Positions 55,696-61,690 of a stretch of DNA of 61,690 bases are shown here, piece after piece (within the stretch, counting starts at the first letter, position 1; the number at the start of each line of letters is the position of its first letter). Where the stretch lies: NCBI GenBank assembly GCA_964525415.1, contig CAZGGZ010000009.1, forward strand, positions 1-61,690. The letters run 5' to 3'. The translations under genes and the position numbers were made by a program. A model generated the notes under the pieces. It was not told where the DNA came from, ran no database searches, and saw only the letters and a list, made by a program, of their open reading frames with translations. This DNA is from an uncultured Rikenellaceae bacterium (lineage in GTDB: Bacteria; Bacteroidota; Bacteroidia; Bacteroidales; VadinHA17).

Positions 55696-57663
55696 TTATC
55701 TTCTCGGAGGAGTTACTCCTCTTGCTTTTGCAGCCTCTTCAAGTCTTTGCTGCCATTTTGATTTTTTAACAGGTTTCTTCCGGTTTTCTTCAAGTGTGGC
55801 CAGTACTTTTTCCTGGTCAATGAAACGTTTTGAGATCAGGTTCTGAGCCCAGGTAAGCATATTAGCAAGGAAATAGTAATATGTCAGCCCTGATGACCAT
55901 TGGTTCAACAAGACCATGAACATTATCGGCATCATCCACATCATAACTTTCATGCCAGGCTGATCCTGTCCGGCAGTTGATCCTGACATCTTCATTGTGA
56001 GCAGGGATGAGGCAGTCATTAGCAGTGTAAAGAGACTTACATGGTCACCATACATTGGTATTGTAAATGGGAGTTTAAGAATTGAATCATATGTTGACAG
56101 GTCAGTAGCCCAAAGGAAATGTTCCTGTCTCAATTCTATAGAAACCGGGAAAAACCGGAACATTGCAAAAAGTATCGGGAACTGAAGCAGCGTCGGAAGA
56201 CATCCTCCCATCGGATTTATACCTGCACGTTTATAAAGATCCATGGTAGCCTGCTGCTTCTTCATTGAATCTTCCTTCTTCGGGTATTTCTTCCCGATAT
56301 CGTCAACGAGAGGCTTCAGCACCTGCATCTTTGCCTGCGACTGGTATGATTTGAAGGTAAGCGGGAAAAGAACGACCTTTATTAAAATAGTAAGGATCAG
56401 AATAATGATACCATAGCTTCCGATGAATCTTTCAAGCCAGTTAAATACCGGGATTATTACAAAGCGACTGATCCATCCTATTATGTTCTTGCCAAGAAAT
56501 ATTATCTTATCAAGTTCCAGTCCTTCTTTTCTTAAAGTCGCAATATGGTTAGGACCATAGAATAATCTCATTTTGATATTTGTTTCCGGACCGGGTGTGA
56601 ATGGAACTCCGATTTCAGCAGTGTAATATCTGATGTACTTCTTCGATGTAAGTGTTTTCGTGGAGGTTACAGCGCCGTTAAGAAAAAAGTCATCAGTTAT
56701 AATGACTGATGAAAAGAACTGGTCCACAAAAGCAACCCAGCTTAATTTTGTTGTAATATCCACCTCCTCAATCTCCTTGTTTGAGCGAAGCCGCATTCCG
56801 TCAACTTCGTCCTGGTAATACTTATATTTTATAGTTGTGTAGTTCTCTTCGTTCTGTCTTCCTTTTTCCTGCTGGGGAATATACATTCGCCAGTCGAGTG
56901 TGATGTTGTTCTGGTTTGCAGGAAGAATCTCTGTAAGGTTCCTGAAGGTAACATCAAAATCGACGCTGTACTTGTCAGGTTCCAGGGTATATTTATATTG
57001 TATATATCTGTCATCACCTGCAGGCAGCTGAAGTACAACACTCTGAGGTTCTGATTCAGCCTTATAGTACCTGGTATCAGAAACAGGTTTGAAATACAGG
57101 CTATTTGTAAGAACTGCTTTATTGTCGGCAGTAAAGAAATTAAATCCGAAATTTGTTGAATCGCCCGAGAACAGTATAAGAGGAAGAGAATCATGTGTGG
57201 TGTACTCCTTGAGCTTTGCAGAGTAAACCCTTCCTCCTTTCATCGAGATCTTCAATTCAATCTTGTCATTTTCAAGTGTTATAAAGCCATCTTCACCGGT
57301 TGCAGCACCTGCAAATGCACCGTACTGGAGTCCGTCTGGCGGCACCGGAGCCGGGACTGGAGATCCTGACCCCACCGGAGTTTCTGTAACTTTTATTGAA
57401 TCTTCAACCGGTTTTTCAGGTGTAATCCCGAGTTGTATATTAAGCTCATTGAGCTTTTTAAGCGCATCCGGATGATTCGGCTTATATCTAAGGGCATTTA
57501 CATATTCTGTCCTCGCCCTTTCCAGGTTTCCTTGGGCAACTTCAGCTTCAGCAACTGCAACAGCCTTTTCATAACCTCTTTTAAGCCGGGCATTATTTAT
57601 TACGCTTGATCCGATGAAGATCAGGATAATCAGAATAATACCAATTATTGTATTCTTGTCCAT
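55696..57663 (-). CDS. yidC: Membrane protein insertase YidC
   Basis: MDKNTIIG, FYGPN, GSYGIIILILTILIK..LFPL, SQAKM, NPMGGCLP.LLQFPI and FLWATDLS. Confidence 0.96.
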   Translation of the reverse strand: MDKNTIIGIILIILIFIGSSVINNARLKRGYEKAVAVAEAEVAQGNLERARTEYVNALRYKPNHPDALKKLNELNIQLGITPEKPVEDSIKVTETPVGSGSPVPAPVPPDGLQYGAFAGAATGEDGFITLENDKIELKISMKGGRVYSAKLKEYTTHDSLPLILFSGDSTNFGFNFFTADNKAVLTNSLYFKPVSDTRYYKAESEPQSVVLQLPAGDDRYIQYKYTLEPDKYSVDFDVTFRNLTEILPANQNNITLDWRMYIPQQEKGRQNEENYTTIKYKYYQDEVDGMRLRSNKEIEEVDITTKLSWVAFVDQFFSSVIITDDFFLNGAVTSTKTLTSKKYIRYYTAEIGVPFTPGPETNIKMRLFYGPNHIATLRKEGLELDKIIFLGKNIIGWISRFVIIPVFNWLERFIGSYGIIILILTILIKVVLFPLTFKSYQSQAKMQVLKPLVDDIGKKYPKKEDSMKKQQATMDLYKRAGINPMGGCLPTLLQFPILFAMFRFFPVSIELRQEHFLWATDLSTYDSILKLPFTIPMYGDHVSLFTLLMTASSLLTMKMSGSTAGQDQPGMKVMMWMMPIMFMVLLNQWSSGLTYYYFLANMLTWAQNLISKRFIDQEKVLATLEENRKKPVKKSKWQQRLEEAAKARGVTPPRR

Positions 57664-57702
57664 TCTTTCCTGTTAGTTAAATACCTTATTCTCATTTCAC
57701 GA

Positions 57703-59310
57703 CTATTGCCTGCTGATACACGCTTTTATGAACTGAACAAACAGTGGATGAGGGGAAACAACCGTACTGCTGTATTCAGGATGGAACTGCACTCCTACAA
57801 ACCATTTATGTTGAGGAATTTCCATTATTTCAGCAAGTCCGGATTCAGGATTGATTCCTACAGCTGTCATTCCGTGTTCCTTAAACAGATCAAGGTACCT
57901 GTCATTGAATTCATACCTGTGACGATGCCTCTCTATTACCTCTGTTTTCCCATATGCCTCATAACTTCTTGAGTTTTTGCTGATAATGCATTTAAATCCT
58001 CCCAGCCTCATCGTTCCGCCTTTATTGACAACGCTTTTCTGCTCTTCCATGAGGTCGATGACAGGATGGATCGTTTTATGATTCATTTCAGTTGAGTGTG
58101 CTCCGTCAAGTTTAAGAACATTCCGTGCAAATTCAATCACTGCACACTGCATTCCGAGGCATATACCCAGATAAGGTATATTGTTCTCCCTGGCATACTT
58201 TGCAGCGGCTATTTTCCCTTCTATCCCCCTTGTCCCGAATCCGGGCGCAACCAGTATCCCGTCAAGTTCATTAAAGCGCTCTTTCGAATTAGCTTCATTA
58301 ATATCTTCTGACTGGATAAAATCAACATTTATTTTACATTCGTTTGTTGAACCGCCGTGCAAAAGTGCTTCTGATATTGACTTGTAAGCATCGGCCAGAT
58401 CAACGTATTTACCGACCAGTCCAATCTTTACCGAATGCCTGGGATTTTTTAGTCTCCTCAGGAATTCTCTCCATTCAGTAAGAGGAGGTTCCTTTGCAAC
58501 CGGAAGTCCCAGCTTTTCAAGCACAATCTGGTCAAGCTTTTCCTCAAGCATTTTTATCGGCACCTCATAAATCGTTGAGACATTCACTGTTTCAACCACT
58601 GCTTTTTCCTCAACATTGCAGAACAGAGCAACTTTCCGTTTTAATCCTTCAGGCAGGCTTCTGTCGGTCCTCAGGACAAGAATATCAGGCTGAATGCCTT
58701 CTTCAAGAAGCATTTTCACCGAGTGTTGAGTCGGTTTCGTTTTTGATTCACCGGTAGTTGATAGAAAAGGGACGAGAGTAAGGTGGATCACTATACAGTT
58801 CTGTGATCCAAGTTCCCATTTAAGCTGGCGGACCGATTCAATGTAGGGTAACGATTCTATGTCACCAACTGTGCCTCCTATCTCAGTCAGCACAATCTCA
58901 AATTTGTTTTCGGAAGTTACCAGCTTTATCCTGCGTTTTATCTCGTCAGTGATATGCGGAATAATCTGGACTGTTTTCCCGAGATAATCTCCCTTTCTTT
59001 CTTTATCAATTACAGTCTGGTACACTTGTCCTGTGGTTACATTATTAGCTTTTCCTGTAGGAACATTCAGAAAACGTTCATAATGTCCAAGGTCCAGGTC
59101 AGTTTCAGCTCCATCCAGAGTAACGTAACATTCCCCGTGTTCATAAGGATTCAGTGTTCCCGGATCAACATTGATATAGGGATCGAGTTTTTGAATAGTT
59201 ACTGAATAACCCCTTGCCTGCAGCAATTTTGCCAGGGATGCCGAAAGGATACCTTTCCCCAATGATGAGGTAACACCGCCGGTTATAAACACATATTTTA
59301 CGTCTTTCAA
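57703..59310 (-). CDS. pyrG: CTP synthase
   Basis: KYVFITGGVTSSLGKG, KLDPYINVDPGT, GICLGMQ, ERHRHRYE and QFHPE; TTG start at 59310 likely. Confidence 0.98.
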   Translation of the reverse strand: MKDVKYVFITGGVTSSLGKGILSASLAKLLQARGYSVTIQKLDPYINVDPGTLNPYEHGECYVTLDGAETDLDLGHYERFLNVPTGKANNVTTGQVYQTVIDKERKGDYLGKTVQIIPHITDEIKRRIKLVTSENKFEIVLTEIGGTVGDIESLPYIESVRQLKWELGSQNCIVIHLTLVPFLSTTGESKTKPTQHSVKMLLEEGIQPDILVLRTDRSLPEGLKRKVALFCNVEEKAVVETVNVSTIYEVPIKMLEEKLDQIVLEKLGLPVAKEPPLTEWREFLRRLKNPRHSVKIGLVGKYVDLADAYKSISEALLHGGSTNECKINVDFIQSEDINEANSKERFNELDGILVAPGFGTRGIEGKIAAAKYARENNIPYLGICLGMQCAVIEFARNVLKLDGAHSTEMNHKTIHPVIDLMEEQKSVVNKGGTMRLGGFKCIISKNSRSYEAYGKTEVIERHRHRYEFNDRYLDLFKEHGMTAVGINPESGLAEIMEIPQHKWFVGVQFHPEYSSTVVSPHPLFVQFIKACISRQ

Positions 59311-59350
59311 AACAAAAAGAGTTAATATCAACTATAAAAAACTTCCCATA

Positions 59351-61342
59351 TTATTCATCGAGACCAGACTGATCAATCATTTTGATCTTTTCTTCAAGTG
59401 TCTTGATCATCTTTTTAGCATGCTCAATTTTCTCTTCAACCTCATGGATCATTGTATCGGCGTTGGGTGATTTTGCGAAGAAGCCAATATTATTTTCCCA
59501 GAGCACTATATCACCTTCAAGTTGCTTGATCTTTGTAACAAATTTATCCCGCTCATTCCTGAGTTTTCTTGATGCTTTGGGATTTGTTTTCAGGTTATCA
59601 AGCTTGGTTTTGTATTTAAGTATGCTTTTATCATCGTCTCCGATCTTCAGCATATCGAATTCTTTATTCAGGGCATTCCTGTACCGGGTGGTTATTTCAT
59701 CCTTCATGTTGAACGGAACGAATCCGATCTCAGTCCATTTTTTCTGAAGCTCCTTCAGCCGGTCAAATGCTGCCTGGACGTCAGCGCCAGGCTCAAACTT
59801 CTCAAGCTCTTCAATGACAGCCTGTTTTGCCTTAAGATTATCTTCATAGGAAGTATCGAGTTCAGCAAAGTACTCAGCTTTCCTGTTGAAGAAATGATCA
59901 CACGCTTTCCTGAACCTCTTCCAGCATTTTTCAGATTGTTTCCTCGGAACGGGACCTATCTCTTTCCACTCCTTCTGCAGCTTTATCAGTGCATCTGATG
60001 ATGTTTTCCAGTCTGTGCTGTTCTGAAGAGCTTCAGCCTGTATGCACAATTCAATCTTCATCTGCAGGTTATTCTGCTGCAGTTCCTTGTTATCGGCATA
60101 AAAGCCTCTTTTCTTTTCAAAAAAGTTGTCACATGCATCCCGGAATCTCTGGTATACCTTATTATTCTGCTTTTTCGGGGCGAATCCTATTCTCCTCCAC
60201 ATTTTCTGAAGTGCAACAACTTTCTCAGCTTTTTCGTCAAAATCCCTGAAATTCTTTATTTCAAGAGCATTGACTGCTTCCACTTCTTCACAGATAGCTA
60301 TTTTGGCTTCAAGGTTTTTACGTTGTTCATCCTTTTGCTTCTCGAAATACTCGTGGTGTCTTTTGTTTATCTGTGAAGTGGCTTCCTTGAATCTCTCCCA
60401 TATCTCATTCTTGGATTCCTGAGGCACAGGACCTATTTCGCGCCAGTGGTTATGATAATCCTGCAAAGTCCTGAATGCATTTACGGGGTTAGGTTCCAGG
60501 AGAAGCTCCTCGGCTTTTTCGCACAGAATGATTTTTGATTCCAGGTTCTTCTTAAGATCAAGATCGCGCAGCTCCTTGTTAATCTTTATATAATCATAGA
60601 AGATTTCAACATGATGATGGTAATTTTCCCAGAGGTCCTTGAGAGAGTTTTGCGGCACTATGCCAATTGAGTGCCATTCATTCTGCAGCGATCTGAATTC
60701 GTGAAATGTTTTATTAATTGATTCCTCCCTGTTGACAAGTTCCTTGATCTTGTCAATTATATCGTATTTTTTTTTGAGGTTTTCAAATTTCTCAGCATCC
60801 TGTACCCTGTTATAATCTGACTTTCTTTCCTTGTATTTCTCAAGAAGGTGTTTTACTCTTGCTTCAGAGGGATCAACCCAGGCTCTGTACTCCTCAATCT
60901 TGCCTCCTTCAGTCAGAAATTTATTTTTCCTTTCATCTGATTCAGTCTTCAGCTTCTTGTAGAACAAAGCTTTAATCCTGTCAATGTCATTACGGATCTC
61001 GGCAGGAGGCCTGTTATCAATTATCAGTGCAAGAGTTTCTACAAGTTCATTTTTCGTATATCCCGAATAATCAACCGGAGGAAGGATGGAATCATCCCCA
61101 TCAGGGAGTGTTTCTTCCTTTACATCTTCATTTTCCGACCCTGCTGCATCAACTTTCCGTGATCTTCGCCTTACTTTCTTACTGACACTTTCCTTGCCCC
61201 CTTCTTCCTTTCCATTCTCTCTCTTTGTGTCTTCTTTTTCAATTGCTTCTTCAACATGTGTTGTCTTCTCAGTTCCGGCAGCATTTCCATTTGCCCCGGA
61301 TTGTTCATCATGAACAGAGTCATCCGGATTTCTCTCCATCAT
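59351..61342 (-). CDS. DUF349 domain protein
   Basis: Repeated NLxxKxxLCE...LQxxWxxIGxVP...WxRF helical units; acidic N-terminal extension. Confidence 0.9.
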   Translation of the reverse strand: MMERNPDDSVHDEQSGANGNAAGTEKTTHVEEAIEKEDTKRENGKEEGGKESVSKKVRRRSRKVDAAGSENEDVKEETLPDGDDSILPPVDYSGYTKNELVETLALIIDNRPPAEIRNDIDRIKALFYKKLKTESDERKNKFLTEGGKIEEYRAWVDPSEARVKHLLEKYKERKSDYNRVQDAEKFENLKKKYDIIDKIKELVNREESINKTFHEFRSLQNEWHSIGIVPQNSLKDLWENYHHHVEIFYDYIKINKELRDLDLKKNLESKIILCEKAEELLLEPNPVNAFRTLQDYHNHWREIGPVPQESKNEIWERFKEATSQINKRHHEYFEKQKDEQRKNLEAKIAICEEVEAVNALEIKNFRDFDEKAEKVVALQKMWRRIGFAPKKQNNKVYQRFRDACDNFFEKKRGFYADNKELQQNNLQMKIELCIQAEALQNSTDWKTSSDALIKLQKEWKEIGPVPRKQSEKCWKRFRKACDHFFNRKAEYFAELDTSYEDNLKAKQAVIEELEKFEPGADVQAAFDRLKELQKKWTEIGFVPFNMKDEITTRYRNALNKEFDMLKIGDDDKSILKYKTKLDNLKTNPKASRKLRNERDKFVTKIKQLEGDIVLWENNIGFFAKSPNADTMIHEVEEKIEHAKKMIKTLEEKIKMIDQSGLDE

Positions 61343-61523
61343 AATCAATCCTTTCTGGTTTCAGCCTCGTTTCCATTCTTCACCATGGCACTCCATGGAT
61401 TTTTCAGACTACGAAAATATTGAATTATTTAATAAAACTCTTAAAAGATTAATAATATCTTTGAAAAAATACAGACAATTAAACCTGTTTTACCATCTTA
61501 ACCTGAACTAATTATTTTGCTTA

Positions 61524-61690
61524 ATGAGTACCACAGAAGTAATATTGATTGTGACAGCCTTCATTGCACTGGGATTCAGCCTGTACAGAAAATATGTAAA
61601 AAAAGAACAGGGTAAGACCAGCTATGGAAAAAGTAAAAGTTCAGAATCATCATTCACCTCTGTCTCAAAAGATGATGATTATGAACCTTA
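61524..61690 (+). CDS. Small hypothetical membrane protein, 5' part (runs off the window)
   Basis: Hand translation MSTTEVILIVTAFIALGFSLYRKYVKKEQGKTSYGKSKSSESSFTSVSKDDDYEP..., one TM helix. Confidence 0.65.
   Translation, partial: MSTTEVILIVTAFIALGFSLYRKYVKKEQGKTSYGKSKSSESSFTSVSKDDDYEP

Noticed and set aside
484-61313. Numerous short ORFs from the six-frame track overlapping the called genes (e.g. 4357-4806, 5833-6294, 20963-21262, 59382-59747)
   Set aside because: Antisense or alternative-frame shadows of well-supported genes, with no recognisable motifs
61345-61386. Short ORF MVKNGNEAETRKD* just upstream of DUF349, possible frameshifted N-terminus
   Set aside because: No slippery sequence or other support; DUF349 has its own in-frame ATGs at 61342/61339

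Overview
Chromosomal window from a Bacteroidota bacterium, most likely an anaerobic Bacteroidales. Support: TAnnTTTG/TTTG promoters, signal peptides followed by Gln, and the bat, btu and lnb gene sets. From left to right it holds: an L-rhamnose locus (partial rhaA, rhaM, rhaT, divergent GH78 rhamnosidase); arfB; a MATE exporter; a compact operon of a KamA-type radical-SAM aminomutase, two D-Ala-D-Ala-ligase-like ATP-grasp enzymes and a GNAT; a secreted tail-fibre/YadA-head-like repeat protein; ung; a moxR-DUF58-batABCDE cluster; lnb; zupT; pcm; an AT-rich islet of peptidases/hydrolases beside tRNA-Arg(UCU) and a tRNA-like remnant; two tandem fused LeuC-LeuD (homoaconitase-like) paralogues behind an AraC regulator; a candidate 6S-like RNA; a cobalamin-riboswitch-controlled btuB-G-F-C-D uptake operon; a LacI plus transglutaminase-like lipoprotein pair; and yidC-pyrG-DUF349. 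No CRISPR array, IS, integrase or rRNA was seen. The best candidates for undescribed biology are the aminomutase/double ATP-grasp/GNAT operon (a putative beta-amino-acid peptide or osmolyte pathway) and the tandem fused aconitase-family pair, in which one copy has altered catalytic residues. All calls come from motif recognition by eye, without database searches.
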